The notes under the pieces are model-generated. The model was not told the origin of the DNA. It did not search any database and saw nothing but the letters and a program-made list of their open reading frames with translations. The position numbers and the translations under genes are program-made. A stretch of 24,730 nucleotides of DNA, from contig CAXTKV010000059.1 of assembly GCA_964244895.1 (NCBI GenBank), positions 1 through 24,730 of the forward strand, given 5' to 3'. Origin of the DNA: an uncultured Deinococcales bacterium (GTDB taxonomy: Bacteria > Deinococcota > Deinococci > Deinococcales > JAAFIG01). Positions 1 to 8,475 of the stretch are shown here, piece by piece; the stretch's first letter is position 1; each line of letters opens with the position of its first letter.

Positions 1-2
1 GA

Positions 3-713
3 CCGTACCTGGTCGGCCAGGAGTTCGGCGACGGCGCGCTGAGGTCGCACCTCGAGAAGGAAGTTGCGAAGGTCTTGATCGGCGCTGGTCCGATCGCGGC
101 CTCGAACCGGATCGAGGCGCACCCGAAGGTCTACCCGGCGTTCAGCGGCCTCCACGCGTTCAGTTACGTCGTGCGCGCGCCAGCCTTGCCGCCGACCGAT
201 GGAACCGGCGCGTTCTTATCGTCCGTGCTGGCCGTCAAATTCCATTTCACGGTTCGCACGGGCGTGGCCGTACAGGTGATCGGGTTCGGCAAAGATTCAG
301 TCAAGGTCTTCGTGGTCATGAACGCTGTGAACTTCAAACCGCCGAGGCTACCGGTGCGCCGCGACCTCAATGTTAGCTTCTCGGATCTGAAGAAAGAGGA
401 ACCGGACACCGCCGATTACATCAACGGTGCGCTGGCGGTGGGCGGGTTCACCAGGGGCGCGTTCGATCTCCTGATCGCGCGGGGCATCCTGACCGACCGT
501 TACGACCCGCCGATCGCGGCGAGCGTCCACGACGGGGAAATCATCAGCACGACCGCGAACGCGCTCGGCGGCAAGCAGTTCTCGGTGGACGACGATCAAC
601 CGTTCCCGATTTACGGTTGGATGAGCCTCGAGTGGAAGACCAAGCGGGTCATCTCGCTGCCCCCTTCACCGCCCGTGGGACCGATTCAGCCCAGCACCCC
701 GCCGAGCCGCTGA
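3..713 (+). CDS. Hypothetical protein, C-terminal part (gene starts before the window)
   Basis: The frame of ORF 75..713 is open from position 3. Codon usage is GC3-rich, and the protein ends in a Pro-rich tail. No family recognised. Confidence 0.7.
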   Translation, partial: PYLVGQEFGDGALRSHLEKEVAKVLIGAGPIAASNRIEAHPKVYPAFSGLHAFSYVVRAPALPPTDGTGAFLSSVLAVKFHFTVRTGVAVQVIGFGKDSVKVFVVMNAVNFKPPRLPVRRDLNVSFSDLKKEEPDTADYINGALAVGGFTRGAFDLLIARGILTDRYDPPIAASVHDGEIISTTANALGGKQFSVDDDQPFPIYGWMSLEWKTKRVISLPPSPPVGPIQPSTPPSR

Positions 714-749
714 GCACTCCTCGGCGCGTGGAGAGCTGAGCATCGCGTT

Positions 750-799
750 TGAACACCAGCAGGAGGCCGACACCGAATTCGGCCTCCTGCCGGTGTTCA
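750..799. repeat. Long hairpin between convergent genes (possible terminator or REP-like element)
   Basis: TGAACACCAGCAGGAGGCCGA (750-770) pairs with TCGGCCTCCTGCCGGTGTTCA (779-799), with 1 mismatch and an 8-nt loop. Confidence 0.75.
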
Positions 800-841
800 C
801 TGGTTCAACCCTCGAGATTCCGCCTGACGTCCGAGCGCTTT

Positions 842-1084
842 TTAGTCCCAGTGCTCGTCCAGCGCGCAACCGTTCGCCTCGAGTTCGGATGGCTCGAAGT
901 CGCCGAATTTCGTTTCAAACCCGGCCACCAACCCGAAGTCCACGCTCGAGCCAGCGAATTCCGTCACGTGAAAGACCCAGCTCGAGCGCGGGTGTGTGAA
1001 CCGCGCGAACACCAACGGTTCCTGCTCGTGTTCGGTCGTGTACAACGCCGGGATTCCCTCGAGCGCACACTCTAGAATTTTCAT
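842..1084 (-). pseudogene. DUF2958-like small protein, probably C-terminally truncated or frameshifted
   Basis: GGAGGT RBS before the ATG. The pattern 'IPALYTTEHEQEPLVFARFTHPRSSWVFHVTEF..FGLVAGFETKFGDF..SELE' resembles DUF2958, a family common on plasmids/ICEs. It stops abruptly at HWD*, next to an A-run. Confidence 0.55.
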
Positions 1085-1605
1085 ACCGTCACCTCCTCGG
1101 TCCTGCTGCGCACGGCGGCGACCTCGAGTGCCATCGCTACGATCTCAGGCCGACAAAGTTCGTGCTGGACGGTCTCGAGTGCGCTTTGAAACGCAAAACG
1201 CCCGCGCAGATCGCTAGGCGCGAGCATCGGGCCTCGGAGCTTGTGGGTGCTTGAGCGGTTGCTGTTTACGTCGAAGTTCGTGGTTGTGACCGAACTCGAG
1301 GTTCGGTCAGCAGAGTTTTATAGCAGAACAGTGATGTCACCGCGTGGCGCGCCGACCACCGAACCGCCAGCCTGGCTGTGGTGTTCGGGGCGCCGAAGCT
1401 GTAGGGTGATCAGCGAGCTTGAAAACACGGCGATGGATCGCACGAGAGGCTGACGTCCTCCGTGTCGCGGTTGCGCGCCGCTCAGCTTCTCGCACGCCAC
1501 GAAAAATCGGCATTCCCCAGATTCCCCCCGAACAGGAGGACGCGCCAGCACGAACCTGAGCCATTCACACTCGAGTGCGCCATCAGCCGATCACGGAGGT
1601 TCCAG

Positions 1606-3564
1606 ATGCGACACGAACGCGACAGGAAAGATCGCCTCACGCCGAGCCTTGAGCGCGGGTTTTCGCGCCGCCAACTCACCACAACGCCAGTGATTGCCCT
1701 GCTGACGAGTTTGATCCTCGCCCTGAGCGCCTGCGGTCAACAAGCGGTTCCAGCGACCTCAACCCTGACCGGCGACCAACAACCGGGCCTGGCCGCCACC
1801 GGCGTTCAGTCACCCGACTTCGGCCCCAACGTCAAGATCTTCGATCCCTCCATGCCGACGGCGCAGATTCAAGCGACCGTCGACGCGATCGCCAACCAGC
1901 AAGTCTCCAACCAGTTCGGCTCAGCGCGCTACGCGTTGCTGTTCAAGCCCGGCACGTACGGCTCGAGCAGCGCTCCGCTGAACTTCCAGGTCGGCTATTA
2001 CACCACCGTATCGGGCCTCGGCCTCTCCCCGAACGACGTGGTGATCAACGGATCCGTTTACGTCCACAACCAGTGCGAGGCGACTGGCAGTTGCACGGCA
2101 CTCAACAACTTTTGGCGGTCTTTGTCGAACCTTTCGATCAACGTGACCAATCCCAACGGCTGTTACACCGGCGAATTCTGGGCGGTTTCGCAAGCTGCGC
2201 CGATGCGTCGGGTTCACGTCCTCGGCAACGGTCAAAACATCACGTTGATGGACTATTGCACCGGCCCGTCGTTCGCCAGCGGCGGCTTCATCGCCGATTC
2301 GCAGTTTGAAGGCCAGGTCATCAACGGCTCGCAACAGCAGTGGCTGGTTCGGAACAGCAATCTGAGCGGCTGGACCAACGGCGTCTGGAACCAGGTTTTC
2401 TCCGGCGTGGCGGGCGCACCCGCCCAGTGCTTCCCGGCGCAGGCCTCGTGCGGCGGCCCGTACACCACGCTCGCCGCCAGCCCAGTGTCGCGAGAAGCGC
2501 CCTACCTGTACCTCGACGCGAAGGGCCGTTACAGGGTCTTCGTGCCCGCCGTGCGGCGCGACGCCACCGGCACGACCTGGAGCGGTGGGCAGACGGCTGG
2601 CACGTCCATCGCCATCGACGAGTTCTTCATCGCCAAACCCACGGATAGCGCGGCGAGGATCAACAATGCGCTCGCTCGGGGGCAGCACTTGATCCTCACA
2701 CCCGGCGTCTACCAGCTCGAGCAGACCATCAAGGTCAAGCGCCACGACACCGTCGTGCTGGGCCTCGGGATGCCGACGCTCGTGCCGAACAACGGGGTCG
2801 TGGCGATGTCCGTCGCCAACGCGCGGGGCGTCAAGCTGGCGGGCTTGATGTTCGACGCTGGAACCCTCAACTCTCCGGTGCTGTTGCGCGTCGGAAGCCG
2901 CTCGGGGGATGAAGGTGAGCGCGACGAGGATGGTTCGCGAAGCGACCCGAGCGACCCAACCTCGCTCCAGGACGTGTTCTTCCGCATCGGCGGCGCGACC
3001 CCCGGCAAGGCCACGACCAGCCTGATCGTGAACAGCGACAACGTGGTGCTGGACGACATCTGGGCCTGGCGGGCGGATCACGGCAACGGCGTCGGCTGGA
3101 CAGCCAACACCGCCGACACCGGCGTGATCGTCAACGGCGACAACGTTACAGCCTACGGCTTGTTCGTCGAGCACTACCAGAAGTACGAGGTGATCTGGAA
3201 CGGCAACGGCGGCACGGTTGTCTTTTTCCAGAACGAGATGCCCTACGACCCGCCGAGCCAGGCGGCCTGGACCCACGACGGTATCAACGGCTGGGCCGCT
3301 CTCAAGGTGGCCAACAGCGTGACTAGCTTCTCCGGGTACGGCATGGGCAGCTACAGCTTCTTCAACCAGGGTGTCGACATCTTCGCTGCGCGCGCGTTCG
3401 AGGTGCCCACGACGCTGCCCGCCTCGAGCCTTCACGATCTGCTGACGATCTTTCTCGACCCTGGTGTCGGGAAAGGTGGCATCCTCAACGTGGTCAACGA
3501 TACGGGGGGGGCGTCGACGGCTGCCAACGCGGATGTGCCAGTGACCGTGGTGAGCTACCCCTGA
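1606..3564 (+). CDS. Glycoside hydrolase family 55 exo-beta-1,3-glucanase (SacteLam55A-like), lipoprotein
   Basis: GGAGGT RBS before ATG 1606; lipobox LSAC. Motifs PDFGPNV, RYALLFKPGTYG, NFWRS, WAVSQAAPMRR, SGGFIADS, SQQQW, WAWRADHG and FFQNEMPYDPP are typical of bacterial GH55. Confidence 0.85.
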   Translation: MRHERDRKDRLTPSLERGFSRRQLTTTPVIALLTSLILALSACGQQAVPATSTLTGDQQPGLAATGVQSPDFGPNVKIFDPSMPTAQIQATVDAIANQQVSNQFGSARYALLFKPGTYGSSSAPLNFQVGYYTTVSGLGLSPNDVVINGSVYVHNQCEATGSCTALNNFWRSLSNLSINVTNPNGCYTGEFWAVSQAAPMRRVHVLGNGQNITLMDYCTGPSFASGGFIADSQFEGQVINGSQQQWLVRNSNLSGWTNGVWNQVFSGVAGAPAQCFPAQASCGGPYTTLAASPVSREAPYLYLDAKGRYRVFVPAVRRDATGTTWSGGQTAGTSIAIDEFFIAKPTDSAARINNALARGQHLILTPGVYQLEQTIKVKRHDTVVLGLGMPTLVPNNGVVAMSVANARGVKLAGLMFDAGTLNSPVLLRVGSRSGDEGERDEDGSRSDPSDPTSLQDVFFRIGGATPGKATTSLIVNSDNVVLDDIWAWRADHGNGVGWTANTADTGVIVNGDNVTAYGLFVEHYQKYEVIWNGNGGTVVFFQNEMPYDPPSQAAWTHDGINGWAALKVANSVTSFSGYGMGSYSFFNQGVDIFAARAFEVPTTLPASSLHDLLTIFLDPGVGKGGILNVVNDTGGASTAANADVPVTVVSYP

Positions 3565-3592
3565 GCTAAGATGAACTGGGCAGTTTTTGGTT

Positions 3593-4000
3593 GGTCTCCG
3601 GCGTCCTCGGCGCATTGGTTCAAACCGCGAGCAGCACGCGTTTCCTCAACAACTCGAGCGAACCACGCCCGCGCATCTGTTGCTTGATGAGCTTGATCTG
3701 ATTCCCATTTTCTTCTACCGGCCCGTTGCTGAACGGTAAACAGAACGCGTTCAGCAACGCCTGCCCCACCCGTTCGAGCCCGACCGCGAACGTTTTTTGG
3801 TCGGGCCATTCGCTCGCCGCAACCGCCATCAACCACGGCGCAAGCCTTATGGCGCGGCGTTCGCGGATCCAAGCCGTAAAGCTTCGCGTCGGCGAATGGG
3901 AACCTCAACCTGCGATCAACCCTGCAGGATTGGACAAAATCATCTGGTTTCTCGAGGCGCACCTTCAAGCTTGAAGGCCCGAGGATGGATTTTGAAGCGG
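3593..4000 (-). mobile_element. ISL3-family transposase C-terminal remnant with candidate terminal IR; upstream boundary approximate
   Basis: ORF 3620..3832 reads 'FAVGLER..ALLNAFCLPFSNGPVEENGNQIKLIKQQMRGRGSLELLRKRVLLA', a degenerate ISL3 C-terminus (LPWSNGPVEG.N.LK.IKRQMYGRA.FDLLRKRVL). Upstream part is frameshifted. Candidate end GGTCTCCG at 3593. Confidence 0.8.
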
Positions 4001-4116
4001 GAGGAATAAACCACGGCAGGTGAGATAGACTTCGCTTCAGGCGCATTGGATGACACCGACATCGACGCGTCAAAACCTGCCGGACGGTTGTTTAACGCGA
4101 CCTCAGGAGACTCGAA

Positions 4117-4402
4117 ATGCAACCCGAAGGCGCGGACACCATAAACGCGGTCGGCTTTCGACGCCACGGCCCGCCGAGCGTACTCGCGTCCGCAAACCGC
4201 AACCAGGCGCAAATCAAGTTCTTGTGCGGGTCGTCGCGGCGGGTCTGAATCCAGCCGATGCGAACATCCGGGCCGGACGGTTCAAGCAGATCATGCGCCA
4301 ACCCTTCCCCATCGTGCCGGGTTCGGATATGGCGGGTCAGATCGAGCGCGTCGGCGGCGATGCTATGCGCTTCAAAACCGGAGACGCCGTCTACGGCTTG
4401 AC
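4117..4402 (+). pseudogene. NAD(P)-dependent oxidoreductase (MDR/quinone oxidoreductase) N-terminal fragment
   Basis: AGGAG RBS and ATG 4117 give 'MQPEGADTINAVGFRRHGPPSVL'. After a frameshift it reads 'KPQPGANQVLVRVVAAGLNPAD..IRAG..FPIVPGSDMAGQIERVG..FKTGDAVYG' (GroES-like ADH_N), then runs into IS sequence. Confidence 0.8.
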
Positions 4403-5112
4403 GAAGACCTACCGATGCTGGTCACGAACGTCGAGACGACCGTGGCGCCCACGCAGGACTTCTTGCTCGCAAAACACACCTGACGGGCGCTCACGCTTCG
4501 ATGTTGTGAGCGGCATTCACGCGTCACTGCACGAACGCGAGTTACTACCGGACGAGGATCTCGTCGACCTGGGTGATATCGGCGCGACCCAACTCGACGA
4601 GGCCACGCGCGAGTACGGCATCGGTCTCGTCGGTTCGCCCCGGCAGGATTAGCACCGGCAAGCCTGAGGGGGCAAGGGCTTCGCCACGAAGGACTTCAGG
4701 ATCGACTGGGAGGCCCAGCGCGTGACATGGCCGGCGGGACGCTCGAGCCAGATTTGGACGAACGCTGAGGACTTCCGGTGTAGACCAATGGTGAAGATCT
4801 AGTTCTCGAGCCGCGATCGCAAACAGTACACGTTCAAGCGAGATTGCACGACGGCCCTGAGGCGCACGGTGACGTTGCACGCGAAGCGCGCCGGGATCGA
4901 GGGAACTGTCTCGGTCGGCGTTCGCTCATTCGGCCTGAGACGCTCGAGGTACTTGGGTCTCGAGAAAACGCGGTTGCAGCATCTGGCGACGGCTTCGGCC
5001 TCGAACTTGCGGCGGGTGGCGGATTAGCTAGCGCGGGAGCCTCGGGCGGTGACGCGTTTAGCGCGGTTCGAGCGGGCGATGCAGCAGGCTGCTTGATTAA
5101 GCCAGCGGTATC
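4400..5112 (+). mobile_element. IS1182-family transposase remnant (C-terminal half) with right end
   Basis: Fragments DEDLPMLVTNVETT, IHASLHERELLPDEDLVDLG, GKGFATKDFRIDWEAQRVT, AKRAGIEGTVSVGVRSFGLRRSRYLGLEKTRLQHLATA. Several in-frame stops and an internal deletion. Ends TTAAGCCAGCGGTATC, resembling an IS1182 terminal IR. Confidence 0.8.
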
Positions 5113-5199
5113 AAATCTCGGTCAGAGCCGGAACTTCATACACCCTCACTGTCGAAGCCGCGCGCCTGGGCGCGAGAGGGGCACGAAGACCTGGATCGT

Positions 5200-5228
5200 T
5201 TGCGCTTTCGCACGCGACGTGATACATT
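5200..5228 (+). promoter_or_regulatory. Sigma70-type promoter for the LacI/ABC operon
   Basis: TTGCGC (5200-5205), 17-bp spacer, TACATT (5223-5228), with an extended -10 TG at 5220-5221. Confidence 0.55.
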
Positions 5229-5230
5229 CC

Positions 5231-5245
5231 ATGTAACGTTTACAT
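5231..5245. promoter_or_regulatory. LacI-family operator
   Basis: ATGTAACGTTTACAT, a near-palindrome with central CG typical of LacI/GalR sites. It overlaps the predicted transcription start upstream of a LacI gene. Confidence 0.75.
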
Positions 5246-5302
5246 TGCTGTTCCAGAGGTACTTTTCGGTCTTGGGCGAGTCTGTCCAAGAGGGGGTGTC
5301 TG

Positions 5303-6316
5303 GTGTCTGTACGCCGAACCGACCGAAGCGCCAGCGCGCGCCAGATCGCCGAGATGGTCGGCGTGTCCATCGCCACCGTTTCGAGGGCGATGAACGCGCC
5401 GCACCGCGTCACCCCTGAAACACGAGAGCGGGTGCTCGCCGCAGCGGTGCGGGTCGGATACCGTCCCAGCCCACTAGGACGCAACCTCGTGGTGGGGCGC
5501 AGCCATCTGGTCGGATTGATCGTGCCGAACATCGGCTTTCCGCTCTACGGGTCGATGGCCCGCAGCCTCGAGGAGGTGCTCGAGCCGCTCGGTTTGCGCG
5601 CCCTGCTTGCCTCGAGCGACGATGACGAGAATCGCGAGATCGAGGCCGCGCACTCGCTCCTGAGCCACGCCGTGGACGGCGGCATCGTGATCAACTCTCG
5701 CGCCAGCAGCCGACTGCCGAACGGCCCCCGTTTCCCGTGGGTTCACATCGCACCGGAGGCGGCTGGGCTGGCCGGTGCGGTGGAGCTCGACAACCGCGCC
5801 GGAGGGCAACTGGCGGCCGAGCACCTGATCGCCACCGGACGCCGCCGGCTGGCGCACATCGCAGGCCTCGGCCGCGAGGGCGCAGACCGCGAGGCAGGCT
5901 GGCTGGCGGCGATTCGCGCCGCCGGGATGAAACCGGTCGGACGCGCGCTCGGCGACTATTCCGAGGCGGCGGGTCGAGCCGCAACCCGCGCGATCCTCGA
6001 GCGCTCCGGGCGAGCAGGGCTCGATGGCTTGTTCCTGGCGGGCGATGTGATGGCGGCCGGGGCGATGCGCGAGCTGCGCCAGCTCGGATTGCGCGTCCCG
6101 GAGGACGTGGCCGTGATCGGCTTCGACGACGCCGAATTCGCCGGAATGCTCGAGCCGCCCCTGACCACCGTACGCCAGCCGGCCCGCGATATGGGCGCTG
6201 CTGCCGCCCGCGTTTTGCTGCGCGCTTACACCCTCGACCCACCCCAACTCCAGGCCTCGCCGATCCTGTTCGAGCCCGAACTGATTGTGCGGGGCTCGAG
6301 CTCCGCGCGTTCCTGA
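5303..6316 (+). CDS. LacI-family transcriptional regulator
   Basis: HTH 'IAEMVGVSIATVSRAMN..VTPETRERV..GYRP' and sugar-binding domain ending 'VPEDVAVIGFDD..PPLTTVRQP..PELIVRGS'. Confidence 0.95.
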   Translation: MSVRRTDRSASARQIAEMVGVSIATVSRAMNAPHRVTPETRERVLAAAVRVGYRPSPLGRNLVVGRSHLVGLIVPNIGFPLYGSMARSLEEVLEPLGLRALLASSDDDENREIEAAHSLLSHAVDGGIVINSRASSRLPNGPRFPWVHIAPEAAGLAGAVELDNRAGGQLAAEHLIATGRRRLAHIAGLGREGADREAGWLAAIRAAGMKPVGRALGDYSEAAGRAATRAILERSGRAGLDGLFLAGDVMAAGAMRELRQLGLRVPEDVAVIGFDDAEFAGMLEPPLTTVRQPARDMGAAAARVLLRAYTLDPPQLQASPILFEPELIVRGSSSARS

Positions 6317-6386
6317 GGCCCATCGTCCCAAGCCCTCGGCTCCACCCGAACGAACCCGTCGTTTGCAAGGCAAGAAAGAGGTGCGT

Positions 6387-8060
6387 ATGAAATGGAACTC
6401 GAGCCTGTCGAAGCCAATCATCGCCGTCGGTTGTCTGGCGCTCGCTGTGGGGGCGGCGCTCTCGCCGGGTGTGGCGCAGGACAACGCCAAGAGCGGTGGG
6501 ACTTTCATCGTCGTGCGCGACAACCAGTGGGGGGCGAATAACCTCAACCCCTTCTTGCCCGGCGACCAGCACCTGCTGCCGACGCTATCAGCCATCTATG
6601 AAACGCTGTTCTTCGTGAACAGCATCTCAGGCGATGTGACGGACGTGCTCGGGACGGACTACAAGTGGAGCAAGGACGCGCTCTCACTCACGGTCAATAC
6701 CCGCAAGAACGTCAAATGGAACGATGGGCAAGGCTTCGATGCCAAGGACGTGGAGTTCACTTTCAACTACGTCAAGAAGTACCCGGCCCTCGACACGTCG
6801 GGCATCTGGAACAACGGCCTCTCAGGCGTCAAGGCGACCGGCGCGGACACCGTAACTTTTACTTTCAGCAAGGCCAATACCCCGATCTTCACGTACATCG
6901 CCCACCTACCGATCATCCCCGAACACGTCTGGTCCTCGATCGCTGATCCGTTGACCTTCACCAACCAGAAGCCGGTCGCCACGGGGCCGTTCGTGTTCGA
7001 CACCTATTCGGTGCAGGCGCTCAAGGTCACGAAGAACCCGAACTACTGGATGGCCAATAAGCCCGCCGTGGACAGCGTCGTCTGGACGGTCGCCGGTGGC
7101 AACGACGGCGCGCTCTTGCGGCTGCTCAAGGGCGAGGTGGACTTCGGCTACGTCGGCGTCACGAACGTCAAGGCGGACTACGCCGACAAGAACCCCGCCC
7201 TGAACCTCTACTGGTGGCCGGTCAACAACGCCAACTTCTTGTACATGAACAACGCCAAAGCCCCCTTCAACGACGTCAACTTCCGCCGCGCCATCGCCAT
7301 GGCCATCGACACGAAAGATGTGGCGCAGAAGGGTTACAACGGAACCGTGGCCGCCGCCGACCCGAGCGGCGTGATACCCGCGCAACGCGCGAAGTGGCTG
7401 ACCCAAGCCGCCACCCAGAACGCCTACACCTTTAACCTCGAGAAGGCCAAGGCGGGCCTTGAAAAGGCCGGCTACAAAACCGGTTCCGGTGGTGTGCTGC
7501 TGGGCAAAGACGGCAAGCCGTTGGGCACGCTGAAAATCCTGGTGGGCGCGGGCTGGACGGATTTCATCGCCATGGCGCAGGTCATCTCCGAGAACCTGAA
7601 GAAGATCGGGCTGACCACGTCCATTGACCAGCAGCAGTGGAGCGGCTACGCGGGTGCGCTCCAGACCGGAACCTACGACATGGGCATCTCGTGGGGCTGG
7701 GGCAACGGCGACACGCCGTACGACCTGTTCTACAAGTCTTTCTCGCCGGAACTCTCGGCCCCCGTGGGCAAGCAAGCGGACTCCAACCTGACGCGCTACA
7801 CGAACGCGACCGTGACGAAGGCCCTTCAGACCTTCCGCGCCACGAGCGACGCGGCGGCTCGCAAGACCGCAATCAACCAGATGGTCGCGCAGGTTCTGAG
7901 CGACGTGCCGTTCGTGCCGCTCACCGACCGCTCGCAGTTCTGCCTGTTTAACGCCACGCGCTTCACCGGCTTCCCGTCCGACAAGGACCCGTACAACGAC
8001 GGCAGCCCGGACGACGGCATCGGTGCGCGGTTGATGTACCTCAACGTTCACCTGAAGTGA
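6387..8060 (+). CDS. ABC transporter substrate-binding protein, family 5 (Opp/Dpp-type, probably oligosaccharide-binding)
   Basis: GAGGT RBS before ATG 6387; signal peptide (GVA-Q); motifs IYETLF, VKWNDG..F.AKDVEFTF, PVATGPF, KNPNYW, APFNDVNFRRAI. Confidence 0.92.
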   Translation: MKWNSSLSKPIIAVGCLALAVGAALSPGVAQDNAKSGGTFIVVRDNQWGANNLNPFLPGDQHLLPTLSAIYETLFFVNSISGDVTDVLGTDYKWSKDALSLTVNTRKNVKWNDGQGFDAKDVEFTFNYVKKYPALDTSGIWNNGLSGVKATGADTVTFTFSKANTPIFTYIAHLPIIPEHVWSSIADPLTFTNQKPVATGPFVFDTYSVQALKVTKNPNYWMANKPAVDSVVWTVAGGNDGALLRLLKGEVDFGYVGVTNVKADYADKNPALNLYWWPVNNANFLYMNNAKAPFNDVNFRRAIAMAIDTKDVAQKGYNGTVAAADPSGVIPAQRAKWLTQAATQNAYTFNLEKAKAGLEKAGYKTGSGGVLLGKDGKPLGTLKILVGAGWTDFIAMAQVISENLKKIGLTTSIDQQQWSGYAGALQTGTYDMGISWGWGNGDTPYDLFYKSFSPELSAPVGKQADSNLTRYTNATVTKALQTFRATSDAAARKTAINQMVAQVLSDVPFVPLTDRSQFCLFNATRFTGFPSDKDPYNDGSPDDGIGARLMYLNVHLK

Positions 8061-8073
8061 CCCCCGCATCTCG

Positions 8074-8106
8074 TGGGACTCGAGAAATATGGTTTCTCGA
8101 GTCCCA
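8074..8106 (+). terminator. Perfect 14-bp stem-loop after the SBP gene (attenuator or mRNA stabiliser)
   Basis: TGGGACTCGAGAAA-tatgg-TTTCTCGAGTCCCA, 13 nt after the stop. No U-tract on the + strand. Confidence 0.65.
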
Positions 8107-8149
8107 AAGGGTGAGAACGACCGGATGATTCAAGGGTTCACTCGCGGAG

Positions 8150-8205
8150 TAAACCGTCCCGCACGCGATTTTGCTATCAATCAGAATACTGTCTGGGACG
8201 GTGTT
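8150..8205. repeat. 56-bp palindromic element, degenerate copy 1
   Basis: TAAACCGTCCCGCACG-N24-TGTCTGGGACGGTGTT; arms match those of copies 2 and 3 at 12/16 and 13/16, with the same 24-bp spacing. Confidence 0.7.
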
Positions 8206-8475
8206 CCCACGATGTCTCCCCTCGAGTCGAGGACGCGCCGCTCGGCTTCGAGAGACGTTTAGGCGAGCTGCAAGAGCCAGCCCTCTCTAGCTCGAGGGAG
8301 ACCGGCGCGACCGATCCGCCCATTCGAGATGCCTCACAGATCGATTTTTTGCGCTGCATAAGACGAGACGACGAACGCGAGGCCAAGAATCGACCGTTAC
8401 GTTTGAAGACGCGCTGGACGATCTCTCCCGATGCGGAAGCGTACAGCGCAAGCCCGAATTCAAGAGAGGTCTCCT

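Noticed and set aside
1291..1305. CGAAC-N5-GTTCG as a LexA (Cheo) box
   Set aside because: The Gram-positive LexA box has a 4-bp spacer; this has 5.
1921..3615. Long antisense ORFs (564 aa here; also 5474..6595, 6906..8069, 9662..11575, 12809..13717)
   Set aside because: Shadows of real high-GC genes on the opposite strand; no recognisable motifs.
4050..4652. 200-aa ORF as a novel fusion protein
   Set aside because: Chance concatenation of an oxidoreductase fragment and IS1182 transposase fragments across frameshifts.
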